From assembly GCA_003213495.1 (NCBI GenBank), contig QCMW01000001.1, positions 1,045,296-1,109,295 of the forward strand: a DNA stretch of 64,000 nucleotides, given 5' to 3'. Origin of the DNA: SAR86 cluster bacterium AG-422-O05 (GTDB lineage: Bacteria; Pseudomonadota; Gammaproteobacteria; Magnimaribacterales; D2472). The first letter of the stretch is position 1, and each line of letters begins with the position of its first letter. The position numbers were made by a program, and so were the translations under genes. Of the stretch, positions 29,620-39,413 are shown in pieces. The notes beneath the pieces are model-generated. The model was given only the letters and a program-made list of their open reading frames with translations, was not told where the DNA came from and did not search any database.

Positions 29620-30872
29620 CACATCCTTTTAATCATTTCATCTCCAAACCCAGAGGATGAAACCATATCAGCATCAGTCATCATTCGCGCAAAATCATAC
29701 GTTACTTTTTTAGCACTTATTGTCCTATCCATTGACTTAATTATCAAATCTGCAGCTTCAATCCAACCCATGTGCCTTAACATCATTTCAGCAGATAATA
29801 TTAAACTCCCAGGATTTACTTTGTTTTGACCAGCATACTTTGGTGCAGTTCCATGAGTAGCTTCAAAAACTGCATATTGATCTGAAATATTTGCACCAGG
29901 TGCTATACCTATACCACCAACCATTGCAGCTAGTGCATCTGATATGTAGTCACCATTTAGGTTCATTGTTGCTATAACATCATATTCTGTTGGTCTCAGA
30001 AGTATTTGTTGTAAAAATGCATCACAAATTACATCTTTAATTACAATTTTCTTTCCACTGTTGGGGTTTATTATCTCTTGCCAAGGTCCATCATCTATTT
30101 CTATTCCACCATAGGTGTTTTTAGATAATTCATAACCCCAGTCTCTGAAGGCTCCCTCAGTAAATTTCATAATATTTCCTTTATGAACTAAAGTGACAGA
30201 TCTTCTATTGTTATCGATAGCATAATCAATAGCTTTCTTAACTAATCTATGAGTACCTTCCTCAGAAATTGGTTTTACACCAATACCAACATTTTCCTCA
30301 AATCTAATTTTTGTAACATCAAATTTAGATTTTAATACTTTAAGCAGCTTTTTAGCTTCTGTTGAATTTCCCTCAAACTCTACCCCACAATAGATATCTT
30401 CTGAATTTTCTCGAAATATTACCATATCCACTTCTTCAGGTTTTTTTACTGGAGATGGTACGCCATCAAAATATCTAATTGGTCTCAAGCAGACATACAA
30501 ATCTAATAATTGTCTAAGTGAAACATTTAATGATCTTATACCACCACCTACGGGAGTTGTTAAAGGTCCCTTGATACTTACAACATATTCCTTTAGAGCG
30601 TCTATTGTTTCTTCAGGTAGCCATGTATCTTTTGTGTAGAGCTTTGTAGCCTTTTCACCACAAAAAACTTCCATCCATTCAATTTTTTTAGTTCCGTCAT
30701 AAGCAATTTTTACTGCTTCATCAACTACTTTGATCATTGGTGGAGTAATATCAACTCCTATTCCATCACCTTCAATATATGGAATAACAGGGTTATCAGG
30801 AACATTAATCTTTCCTTTGTCATATGAAATTTTTTGACCTTTTTTTGGAACTTTTATTTTTTTATAAGTCAT
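29619..30872 (-). CDS. icd: Isocitrate dehydrogenase (NADP-dependent, homodimeric type)
   Basis: N-terminus ...[24 protein letters not shown] and the [13 protein letters not shown] motif closely follow E. coli Icd. Confidence 0.95.
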   Translation of the reverse strand: MTYKKIKVPKKGQKISYDKGKINVPDNPVIPYIEGDGIGVDITPPMIKVVDEAVKIAYDGTKKIEWMEVFCGEKATKLYTKDTWLPEETIDALKEYVVSIKGPLTTPVGGGIRSLNVSLRQLLDLYVCLRPIRYFDGVPSPVKKPEEVDMVIFRENSEDIYCGVEFEGNSTEAKKLLKVLKSKFDVTKIRFEENVGIGVKPISEEGTHRLVKKAIDYAIDNNRRSVTLVHKGNIMKFTEGAFRDWGYELSKNTYGGIEIDDGPWQEIINPNSGKKIVIKDVICDAFLQQILLRPTEYDVIATMNLNGDYISDALAAMVGGIGIAPGANISDQYAVFEATHGTAPKYAGQNKVNPGSLILSAEMMLRHMGWIEAADLIIKSMDRTISAKKVTYDFARMMTDADMVSSSGFGDEMIKRM

Positions 30873-30961
30873 TGGATAATTAACCCTCAGTTTAAGGTTT
30901 GCAGTTAAAATCGGTGATAATTATACTCCTAAAATATTAATTTATGAATGTGTTTAATTAG

Positions 30962-32047
30962 ATGAGTAATGAAAATAAAACAGTAGTTGTTGGAATGTCA
31001 GGAGGTGTTGACTCTTCAGTTTCTGCTTATCTTTTAAAAGAGCAAGGTTTTAAAGTTGTAGGGCTATTTATGCAAAACTGGCAAAGTGAACCAGGAGAGG
31101 AATGTTCATCAGTAATAGATTTCTCTGATGCTTCCGATGTATGCGATAAATTGAATATTCCACTTCATAAAGCAAATTTTTCTGATGAATATTGGGATAG
31201 AGTATTCGAGGATTTTTTAAAAGAGCATAAAGCTGGCAGAACACCTAATCCAGATATTTTGTGTAATAGAGAAATCAAATTTAAATCATTTTTAAATTAT
31301 GCTTTATCAATTGGAGCTGATTTTATTGCTACCGGTCATTATGCTGCATTAAAAAATATTAATGATAAAACATACTTATGTAGAGCAAAAGATAAAGAAA
31401 AGGATCAGACTTATTTTTTACATGAAGTTAAAGAAGATGAATTTAAAAAATGTTTATTTCCCCTATCAAAGCTTTATAAACATGAAGTAAGAAAAATAGC
31501 AGAAGATATTAATTTATCTGTTCATAAGAAAAAAGATTCAGTTGGTATATGTTTTGTTGGTGAGAAAAATTTAAAAGATTTTTTAGGAAGGTTTATGAGG
31601 CTTGAAAAAGGCCCAATATATGATGAATACGGCAATCAAATAGGTACTCACAATGGAGCCACTCTTTATACAAAAGGTCAAAGACAAGGGTTGAGTATTG
31701 GTGGTGTAAAAGGTAAAGAGGATTTGCCTTGGTATGTTTTTGATAAAAATGTAAAAAATAATCATATTTATGTTTGTCAAGGAATCGATAATGAGCTTTT
31801 ATTTAGTGATGAGCTTGAGTGCAATACAATTTCATGGATTAATAATGTGAAATATTCTTTTCCAAAAAAGTGTGCTGTCCAAATAAGACATCAACATGTA
31901 CCCGTTAAGTGTATAGTTGAAAAAAATAAATCAGGTTATTTAATAAAATTTACAGAATCTATTCGTGGCGTTGCTATTGGACAATCTGCTGTTTTTTATG
32001 ACGAATCTACATGTTTAGGTGGAGGTGTTATATCAAATACAAACTAA
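30962..32047 (+). CDS. mnmA: tRNA-specific 2-thiouridylase MnmA
   Basis: PP-loop VVGMSGGVDSSVSA, NPDILCN, ATGHYA and DQTYFL motifs. Confidence 0.93.
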   Translation: MSNENKTVVVGMSGGVDSSVSAYLLKEQGFKVVGLFMQNWQSEPGEECSSVIDFSDASDVCDKLNIPLHKANFSDEYWDRVFEDFLKEHKAGRTPNPDILCNREIKFKSFLNYALSIGADFIATGHYAALKNINDKTYLCRAKDKEKDQTYFLHEVKEDEFKKCLFPLSKLYKHEVRKIAEDINLSVHKKKDSVGICFVGEKNLKDFLGRFMRLEKGPIYDEYGNQIGTHNGATLYTKGQRQGLSIGGVKGKEDLPWYVFDKNVKNNHIYVCQGIDNELLFSDELECNTISWINNVKYSFPKKCAVQIRHQHVPVKCIVEKNKSGYLIKFTESIRGVAIGQSAVFYDESTCLGGGVISNTN

Positions 32048-32050
32048 TCA

Positions 32051-33415
32051 ATGATAAAATATGTTCTGATGAAATTTGAACATAACAATATTTCACCCCT
32101 AGATAGCAGATATGCAGAAAAAATTGTACCGATAAGAGAAGCATTCTCTGAAAAAGCCCTAATTAAGACAAGATTTATAATTGAAATCGATTGGTTGTTA
32201 TTTTTATGTAACAAAATGCCAAATGACTTTCCTAAGCTAAGTAAAATATCGATTAACAAAATCTTAAAATTTAAAGAAAGTTTCTCAGATAAAGATGTTT
32301 TAAAAATAAAAAAAATTGAATCTGTAACTAATCATGATGTAAAAGCAATTGAATACTTCATTGTTGATTTTTTTAAAAAAGATAATCAATTAAAAAAATA
32401 TATTAATCTCATACATTATGGTCTAACAAGTGAGGATATTAACTCTTTGTCATACGCAATTATGATAAAAAAAGGTGCAGAAGATTATTTAAAATATATT
32501 CAAAATCTTAATAAAATAATTAAAACATTATCAAGAAAATGGAGATCTATTCCATTGTTATCAAGAACTCATGGACAAGCTGCTTCACCAACTACCATTG
32601 GAAAAGAATTAAAAGTTTTTGGTGCAAGAATTGATAGAGAAATTAATACTTTTAAAAATATAAAACCACTTGCAAAATTTAGTGGTGCTACAGGCAATTA
32701 TCATACCTTTGAAATAACAAACAATAAAATTGATTGGCCCACTATGACTTCCAAATTTATTAAATCCTTTGGAGTTAATCAAAATCCACTGACTACTCAA
32801 ATTGAATCTCATGACTGGATTGCAGAAATGTCTCACTCAATTATAAGAACCAACAATATTAACACTGATCTTTGTCAAGATATGTGGATTTATATATCTA
32901 ACAATATTTTTAAACTTAAATTAAATAAAAATGAGGTGGGTTCATCAACAATGCCACATAAAGTGAATCCTATAGATTTTGAAAATGCAGAAGGAAATTT
33001 TGGTATTTCTAATTCATTGAATAATTTTTTTGCAGATAAACTTGCAAAGTCACGTCTTCAAAGAGATCTTTCGGACAGCACAGTATTAAGAAATATAGGC
33101 TTGTCATTTGGTTATTCATACTTGGCAATCTCTTCTCTCATCAATGGTATGAGTAAGGTGGAACCAAATAAAAATTTTATTTTAAATGAACTAGATGACA
33201 ATTGGGAGGTTCTAGCAGAGGCTGTTCAGACAATAATGAGATATGAAGGGATAAGCGATGCCTATGAACAATTAAAAAAACTATCAAGAGGAAATAAATT
33301 AGATAAAAATTCTTATATACAATTTGTTAAAACTTTGGAAATTTCAAATTCTTCCAAATCTAAATTATTGAATCTTACGCCATCAAAGTATATTGGTCTA
33401 TCTAAAAAATTATAA
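32051..33415 (+). CDS. purB: Adenylosuccinate lyase
   Basis: SPLDSRY N-terminal motif; fumarate-lyase signature GSSTMPHKVNP; ~455 aa. The exact start is uncertain (ATG 32051 or 32069). Confidence 0.92.
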   Translation: MIKYVLMKFEHNNISPLDSRYAEKIVPIREAFSEKALIKTRFIIEIDWLLFLCNKMPNDFPKLSKISINKILKFKESFSDKDVLKIKKIESVTNHDVKAIEYFIVDFFKKDNQLKKYINLIHYGLTSEDINSLSYAIMIKKGAEDYLKYIQNLNKIIKTLSRKWRSIPLLSRTHGQAASPTTIGKELKVFGARIDREINTFKNIKPLAKFSGATGNYHTFEITNNKIDWPTMTSKFIKSFGVNQNPLTTQIESHDWIAEMSHSIIRTNNINTDLCQDMWIYISNNIFKLKLNKNEVGSSTMPHKVNPIDFENAEGNFGISNSLNNFFADKLAKSRLQRDLSDSTVLRNIGLSFGYSYLAISSLINGMSKVEPNKNFILNELDDNWEVLAEAVQTIMRYEGISDAYEQLKKLSRGNKLDKNSYIQFVKTLEISNSSKSKLLNLTPSKYIGLSKKL

Positions 33416-33428
33416 AATTTTCATATTT

Positions 33429-33445
33429 ATGTAGTGTAACTACAT
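33429..33445. promoter_or_regulatory. Palindrome ATGTAGT-GTA-ACTACAT in the purB-aceA spacer (candidate operator)
   Basis: Perfect 7-bp arms read from the sequence. A third copy of the half-site ACTACAT lies at 33513-33519, 15 nt before the aceA ATG. TTGACA occurs at 33482-33487. Confidence 0.3.
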
Positions 33446-33533
33446 CTAAAACAACCTTTTAAAAGTGTCTGTAGCCATAAATTGACAAATTATTATTAAT
33501 ATTATCTACTTCACTACATTACTGGGGAAAATT

Positions 33534-35114
33534 ATGTCTAAATATAATAATAATGTAGAAGATACATCTACTATTCCAAATATGAAAACTTCCAACTGGG
33601 ATTCTATTAATCCTGAATTTGTCGCTCGAATGAGATTACAAAATCAGTTTAAAACTGGTATAGATATAGCTAGATATACAGCATCGATAATGCGTAAAGA
33701 TATGGATGAATATGATAAAGATCCGTCAGCTTATACTCAATCATTAGGTTGCTGGCATGGTTTCATAGGACAACAAAAGCTTATTTCTATCAAAAAACAT
33801 TTTGGTACTAATAATAAAAAATATCTTTATCTTTCAGGTTGGATGATAGCAGCACTAAGATCTGAGTTTGGCCCCCTACCCGATCAATCTATGCATGAAA
33901 AAACTGCTGTTGCGAGTCTTATTAACGAGTTATATACATTTTTAAAACAAGCTGATGCTAGAGAATTAGGTGGTTTATTCCGGCAGCTTGATAACGCCGA
34001 TGAAAAGGAAAAACCAAATATACAACAAAAAATTGATAATTTTGAAACACATATAGTTCCAATCATTGCAGATATAGATGCAGGGTTTGGTAATGAAGAA
34101 GCTACATATTTAATGGCTAAACAAATGATAGAAGCTGGTGCATGTGCCATACAAATAGAAAATCAAGTTTCAGATGAAAAACAATGCGGTCATCAAGACG
34201 GAAAAGTTACTGTTCCACATGCTGACTTCTTAGCAAAAATTAATGCTGTTAGGTATGCCTTTTTAGAACTTGGTGTTGATAATGGAATCATTGTAGCAAG
34301 AACCGATTCTTTGGGTGCTGGTTTAACAAAACAAATTGCAATAACAAATGTGGAAGGTGATCTTGGTGATCAGTACAATTCTTTTTTAGACGTTGAAGAA
34401 ATTACTCCCGAAAATATGAATCATGGTGATGTAATGATTAGTCAAAATGGCAAAATTGTTAGACCTAAAAGACTTCCTTCTAATTTATATCAATTTAGAA
34501 AAGGTACGGGCGAAGCAAGATGTGTACTTGACTCAATTACAAGTTTACAAAATGGTGCTGACTTAATATGGATTGAAACAGAAAAACCTCATATAGGCCA
34601 GATAGCTGAAATGATGAATGAAATAAGAAAAACAATTCCTAATGCAAAATTAGTTTATAACAATAGCCCCTCCTTTAACTGGACATTAAATTTTAGACAA
34701 CAAGTCTTTGATTCAATGGCTGATTCTGGAATAGATGTATCAGAATACGACAGAAACGATTTAATGAATGAAAAGTATGATGACACACAGCTAGCAATTG
34801 AAGCGGACAATAAAATAAGATCATTCCAAGCTGATGCAGCAAAAGAAGCTGGTATCTTTCATCATCTTATTACTTTACCAACCTATCATACCGCCGCATT
34901 ATCAACAGATAATCTTGCAAAAGAATACTTTGGTTCAGAAGGAATGTTAGGTTATGTTGCCAATGTTCAAAGAAAAGAAATAAGAGAAGGTATAGCCTGT
35001 GTAAAACATCAAAATATGTCTGGTTCTGACATGGGAGATGATCACAAAGAATATTTTGCAGGCGAAGCTGCACTAAAAGCTGCAGGAAAAGATAACACTA
35101 TGAATCAATTTTAA
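33534..35114 (+). CDS. aceA: Isocitrate lyase (long form)
   Basis: Catalytic loop EKQCGHQDGK (K-[KR]-C-G-H type). Also ADIDAGFGN, ARTDS and NNSPSFNW motifs. 526 aa. Confidence 0.92.
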   Translation: MSKYNNNVEDTSTIPNMKTSNWDSINPEFVARMRLQNQFKTGIDIARYTASIMRKDMDEYDKDPSAYTQSLGCWHGFIGQQKLISIKKHFGTNNKKYLYLSGWMIAALRSEFGPLPDQSMHEKTAVASLINELYTFLKQADARELGGLFRQLDNADEKEKPNIQQKIDNFETHIVPIIADIDAGFGNEEATYLMAKQMIEAGACAIQIENQVSDEKQCGHQDGKVTVPHADFLAKINAVRYAFLELGVDNGIIVARTDSLGAGLTKQIAITNVEGDLGDQYNSFLDVEEITPENMNHGDVMISQNGKIVRPKRLPSNLYQFRKGTGEARCVLDSITSLQNGADLIWIETEKPHIGQIAEMMNEIRKTIPNAKLVYNNSPSFNWTLNFRQQVFDSMADSGIDVSEYDRNDLMNEKYDDTQLAIEADNKIRSFQADAAKEAGIFHHLITLPTYHTAALSTDNLAKEYFGSEGMLGYVANVQRKEIREGIACVKHQNMSGSDMGDDHKEYFAGEAALKAAGKDNTMNQF

Positions 35115-35116
35115 TT

Positions 35117-35533
35117 ATGAATGAAGGTAATTTAGTACAAAAATTTATTTGGATTGCTGAGCGAGGTATTCTTTTACTTATTGCTATAGCTACTATTTTT
35201 GCAACAGTTGTTGAAATAATAAGAATAATTGAAGTGCAAACAGTTAATCTGAGTGATTTATTTCTACTTTTTATTTACGCTGAGGTTTTAGGAATGGTAG
35301 CGACATTTTACGCAAATAATCGTATTCCCGTAACACTTCCTCTTATTATTGCTATGACTGCTTTAACTAGAATGATTATTTTGCAAAGTAAGGATCTTAA
35401 TGCAATCAATATAATATATGAAGCCACTGGAATTTTAATATTAGCAATAGCAGCATATATTATGACCTTGAAAGATAAAATTAGTTTGAAAAAAATTCTT
35501 TTAAGAGAGAAGATTGAAGATTCAGATAATTAA
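35117..35533 (+). CDS. psiE: PsiE-family (phosphate-starvation-inducible E-like) membrane protein
   Basis: 138 aa with 4 TM segments. The pattern DLFLLFIYAEVLGMV...IPVTLPLIIAMTALTRMIIL resembles PsiE. It starts 2 nt after the aceA stop. Confidence 0.6.
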   Translation: MNEGNLVQKFIWIAERGILLLIAIATIFATVVEIIRIIEVQTVNLSDLFLLFIYAEVLGMVATFYANNRIPVTLPLIIAMTALTRMIILQSKDLNAINIIYEATGILILAIAAYIMTLKDKISLKKILLREKIEDSDN

Positions 35534-35535
35534 AG

Positions 35536-36252
35536 TTAAATAACAAATTTATATAAACTTTTGTATATTGGCATTGCCTGTTCAACAATATTTTTTTCAT
35601 CATCATTTAATTTTAATTCTTTATTTTCATAAGGCTTAAATGCAGTACTATCTAATACTGACTTATACCAGTGTTTTGCCCACACTCCGTCATAACTTTG
35701 AATACCAGATTTCCAACTAAGCATAGATTCATCCCAATTAATATTTATTACTTTACAAAGATTTTGTAGAACTTTTTTTGGATTTCTTCTTAAATTTGTA
35801 GCATCTATAACTGGTGGAGAGTCATTAATATGATTTATAACATAATTAAAAATATCATATTGTTGTTTGAATCCAATATCAATAAAATCACCCTCACCCC
35901 AAGATTGTTTGAAACTCATTACAACTTCTGTTGGATCTCTAATTAAAAAACAATTACATAGGGATTCAGTCCAGGATAAATCTTTATCTAAAATATGTTG
36001 GGTCATATGTTTTTGATATGTAATACCATCTAATTTGAGTTGGCACAAATTTTTAACGTCATCAATATTATTAAGCTGACTTGATATTACTTCATTCCTC
36101 ATTGGATGATTTTTTTTTGTTTTGATTAAATACGAAGCATAAAAAGGCTCATCTAACACATTATTTACATCAGAACGACTGGCAAAACTTCTCATTAAGG
36201 CAGTGGATAAATTACGTGGTCCAGACCACATAGCAATAATTCTGTTAGGCAT
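35536..36252 (-). CDS. Sulfotransferase-fold protein
   Basis: A 5-prime-PSB-like loop at the N-terminus (MWSGPRNLSTALMRSF) and a 3-prime-PB-like motif (FLIRDPTEVVMSF, R-D/N-P-x-x-x-x-x-S). It overlaps the upstream aminotransferase stop by 8 nt. Confidence 0.55.
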   Translation of the reverse strand: MPNRIIAMWSGPRNLSTALMRSFASRSDVNNVLDEPFYASYLIKTKKNHPMRNEVISSQLNNIDDVKNLCQLKLDGITYQKHMTQHILDKDLSWTESLCNCFLIRDPTEVVMSFKQSWGEGDFIDIGFKQQYDIFNYVINHINDSPPVIDATNLRRNPKKVLQNLCKVININWDESMLSWKSGIQSYDGVWAKHWYKSVLDSTAFKPYENKELKLNDDEKNIVEQAMPIYKSLYKFVI

Positions 36253-37135
36253 TAATCAATTTTTTATAAGCTTGTCTGAGTTTAGAGGTAATTGGCCATC
36301 CTTCATCTGAGGATCCTATACTTCTATCATCAATACTTGTTACTTGGGTTAGTGATCCTAGAGTCCCTGTAATAAAAGCTTCGTGTGCTGAATAAACATC
36401 AACCAAAGAAAAGTTTTTTTCATAAATTGGAATTTTATGTTTATTACAAAGTTCTATAACTTTTTTTCTTGTAATTCCATTCATACAATAATCACCTGTG
36501 CTCGTCCATACTTCATTATTTTTGACAATGAAAAAATTACAGGAATTAGTAGTATTTACAAATCCATATGGGTCTAACATTAGAGCCTCATCTCCTCCTG
36601 CTTTATTAGCTTGAATACATGCAATAATACAATTTAATTTCGAATGGCTATTTAGCTTTGGATCTTGTGACATTGGCAAGCCTCTTACTTGTGGAACAGT
36701 TACTAATTTGATGCCATTTAAATTAGGACTCTCAAAAGAATGTTCCATAATTATTATAAAGTTGATACCTGATGTTGATAATGAAGGCTGTTGAAATGGC
36801 TTTATTTTATCGCCTCTAGTAATCATCACTCTTGCATGTGCTGAATCTGTCATATTATTAATCTTTTGTGTTTCTAAAATTGCTTCTTTAATTTCATCTC
36901 TTGATAAATCTAAAGTTATATCTATTGCTGAGCATCCTTCCGAGAGCCTATCTAAATGTTCATCAATAAATAACCATTCATTTTTTACAAGCCTTATACC
37001 CTCCCATATTCCATCGCCAAGTAAAAACCCGCTATCAAAAACAGAAATTTTTGCATCATTACGTGGATAAAATGAACCATTAATATAAATTTGAATATCA
37101 CTGTTTCGTTCATCGATTATATTATTATTTGTCAT
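36245..37135 (-). CDS. Class IV (branched-chain/D-amino-acid type) PLP aminotransferase
   Basis: Fold-type IV pattern: FLLGDGIWEGIR, ...ARVMITRG..., a NSHSKLNC region and EAFITGT near the C-terminus. Confidence 0.75.
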   Translation of the reverse strand: MTNNNIIDERNSDIQIYINGSFYPRNDAKISVFDSGFLLGDGIWEGIRLVKNEWLFIDEHLDRLSEGCSAIDITLDLSRDEIKEAILETQKINNMTDSAHARVMITRGDKIKPFQQPSLSTSGINFIIIMEHSFESPNLNGIKLVTVPQVRGLPMSQDPKLNSHSKLNCIIACIQANKAGGDEALMLDPYGFVNTTNSCNFFIVKNNEVWTSTGDYCMNGITRKKVIELCNKHKIPIYEKNFSLVDVYSAHEAFITGTLGSLTQVTSIDDRSIGSSDEGWPITSKLRQAYKKLINA

Positions 37136-37137
37136 GA

Positions 37138-38061
37138 TTAAAATTGAATATTGCCTAACTTAATACAAGTAGAATTGAATTCATCAATTATTTCATCAAT
37201 TATTTGTTTTACAGGCTTGATTTCATTAATTAGTCCAGACGATTGTCCAGAAAGTGCAGGAGCTGCTTCCATATCCCCACCAAAATAAAGTTCTTTAATA
37301 TTCATCATTGCTGACATATCCATAATCCCTTTTTCATTAATATCATTAGTGAGGTCAGTTTTTAATGCTCTAATTACTGGTTTTGATTTTTTATTAAGCA
37401 CCATTGTCCCATCAATACCTGAATCAATAATTTTATTTTTGAAATTATTATGAACAGGGCTTTCTTTGCTTGAAACAAATCTAGTTCCCATCTGTATTCC
37501 TTCTGCACCTGCAGCAAAAACTGCAGCCATTCCAAAACCATCTACAAGTCCGCCAGCTGCAATAATTGGAATATCTAAATTTTGTTTTATTGATTGTATT
37601 AATACTAACAATCCAACCTCTTCAAGGCTTTTAAAACCTCCACCTTCTGTGCCCTCTACAACCAAACCATCAACACCAGCATCTGCTGCTTTAATGGCTC
37701 CAGCAAGACTAGGAACCGCATGATATACAGTAATACCCGCATCTTTTAAAATACCAACATACTTTGTTGGGTCTCCTGCTGAAGTTGTAACAAATTTAAC
37801 ACCAGCATCAACACAAAATTTTACCATTGAATCATCTTGTAAAAAGAGTAATGGCAAATTTACTCCAAATGGTTTATCAGTTAATTCTGACATTAATTGA
37901 ATTTCTTTTTTACAATTATCCACTTCACCAGAAGATGTCTCAATGATCCCCATACCACCAGCTTCACAAACTGCAGATGCGAGCTGACTTCGTGCAATCC
38001 AACCCATCGGCGCTTGAATAATTGGATATTTAGAACCGGTATCTTGTATAACTCTATTCAT
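37138..38061 (-). CDS. FMN-dependent NAD(P)H oxidoreductase, nitronate monooxygenase / FabK-like family
   Basis: YPIIQAPMGWIA N-terminal motif, ...AAGGLVDG..., and IQMGTRF. ATG at 38061 is preferred over the track start at 38064 (TTG). Confidence 0.8.
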   Translation of the reverse strand: MNRVIQDTGSKYPIIQAPMGWIARSQLASAVCEAGGMGIIETSSGEVDNCKKEIQLMSELTDKPFGVNLPLLFLQDDSMVKFCVDAGVKFVTTSAGDPTKYVGILKDAGITVYHAVPSLAGAIKAADAGVDGLVVEGTEGGGFKSLEEVGLLVLIQSIKQNLDIPIIAAGGLVDGFGMAAVFAAGAEGIQMGTRFVSSKESPVHNNFKNKIIDSGIDGTMVLNKKSKPVIRALKTDLTNDINEKGIMDMSAMMNIKELYFGGDMEAAPALSGQSSGLINEIKPVKQIIDEIIDEFNSTCIKLGNIQF

Positions 38062-38152
38062 CAATTAATTGTATCATTTCAAGGAATGAGTAAAATTAAC
38101 AATACAAAAAAATTAGAATAAGAAAATTTTAAATATAGTAGGTGCTTCTGTT

Positions 38153-38554
38153 ATGAAAGTTGAAAATAAAGTTCTTCCAAACGAAAATCAAATTAATGGT
38201 TTTTTAAAGAATCCAGAAATAGGACCAATATCAATGGTAAATTTACTTAAATATAAAGATTTGGCGATTTATGAAGATGGTCGAGATTCAAATCTTACTG
38301 GTGAGGAAGCATACGGTCTTTATGCTGCTGAAGTAGTAAATTTAGTTAAAAAATATGGCGGTGAATTTGTATTTGCAGGCAAAGTAAATAGATTAATGTT
38401 GGGAGAAGTTGAAGATCTTTGGGATTCAATTGCGATTGCAAAATATCCAAGCAGAAAGGCAATGTTAGATATGACAATGGATCCAGAATATCAAAAAATA
38501 CATATTCATAGAGATGCAGGTCTAAAAGGACAGTTAAATATCGAGACTATATAA
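38153..38554 (+). CDS. DUF1330-like (dimeric alpha/beta-barrel) protein
   Basis: 133 aa. ...ISMVNLLKY...YGGEFVFAGKV...WDSIAIAKYPSRKAMLDM..DPEYQKI...R resembles DUF1330. Confidence 0.55.
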   Translation: MKVENKVLPNENQINGFLKNPEIGPISMVNLLKYKDLAIYEDGRDSNLTGEEAYGLYAAEVVNLVKKYGGEFVFAGKVNRLMLGEVEDLWDSIAIAKYPSRKAMLDMTMDPEYQKIHIHRDAGLKGQLNIETI

Positions 38555-38557
38555 ATA

Positions 38558-39400
38558 GTGGTGAAAACAATTTATAAAATATCAGTCTTGCTCATTATCC
38601 TTATTGGTATTTTGGCTATTTCATTACCTTCGATATTAAGTCTTGCAGGGCTTCATCCTAAATTTAATGGTGATACTTTTAATCTTGATGGAAAAAAAGC
38701 TCTTATAATTGCAACGAACCATGGCGTATTAAATAAACCTGGAGAAGCTTCAGGAAAGCCTACTGGCCTTTTCCTATCAGAACTATCAATACCATATTAT
38801 GATTTTAAGAAATCAAATATTCAAGTTGAAATTGCTAGTATCAAAGGTGGAAATATTCCACTGGAACCCCTTCCATATTTTATTGAAACTGAAGAAGATA
38901 AAATTTTTAAGAAAGATAAAATTGCAATGAATAAATTACAAAACTCCAAATCAATTAAAGACATAGACTTTACTGAATTTGACATTATTTTTATTTCTGG
39001 TGGTTGGGGAGCGGCATATGATCTTGGTTATTCTGAACTACTTGGTATAAAAATATCAGAGGCCTACTATTCATCGAATGCAATTATAGGTGCTATATGC
39101 CATGGGGTTCTTGGCTTTATCAATGCAAAAGATAAAGATGGTGATTTGTTAATTAGCGGAAGGAAAATGACCGGAGTAACCGATAAACAAGTTAAAGAAC
39201 TTGGTATTAGCTTTACACCGCAGCATCCTGAAGAAGAGTTAAGGAAAGCAGGCGTAATATTTAAAAGTAAAAGTGCTTTTAGAGATATGTTTGCAACCCT
39301 AACTGTTGTGGATGATGAAAAGAGATTTGTTACTGGTCAAAATCAAAACTCCGGTCACGAAACTGCATACCAAATAATGAAATTACTTGATAATAAATAG
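38558..39400 (+). CDS. DJ-1/PfpI (type 1 glutamine amidotransferase-like) protein with N-terminal membrane anchor or signal
   Basis: Hydrophobic N-terminus (ISVLLIILIGILAISLPSIL). Nucleophile elbow AICHGVLGF. DIIFISGGWGAAYDL. GTG start. Confidence 0.7.
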   Translation: MVKTIYKISVLLIILIGILAISLPSILSLAGLHPKFNGDTFNLDGKKALIIATNHGVLNKPGEASGKPTGLFLSELSIPYYDFKKSNIQVEIASIKGGNIPLEPLPYFIETEEDKIFKKDKIAMNKLQNSKSIKDIDFTEFDIIFISGGWGAAYDLGYSELLGIKISEAYYSSNAIIGAICHGVLGFINAKDKDGDLLISGRKMTGVTDKQVKELGISFTPQHPEEELRKAGVIFKSKSAFRDMFATLTVVDDEKRFVTGQNQNSGHETAYQIMKLLDNK

Positions 39401-39413
39401 AGGTTTATCAATT

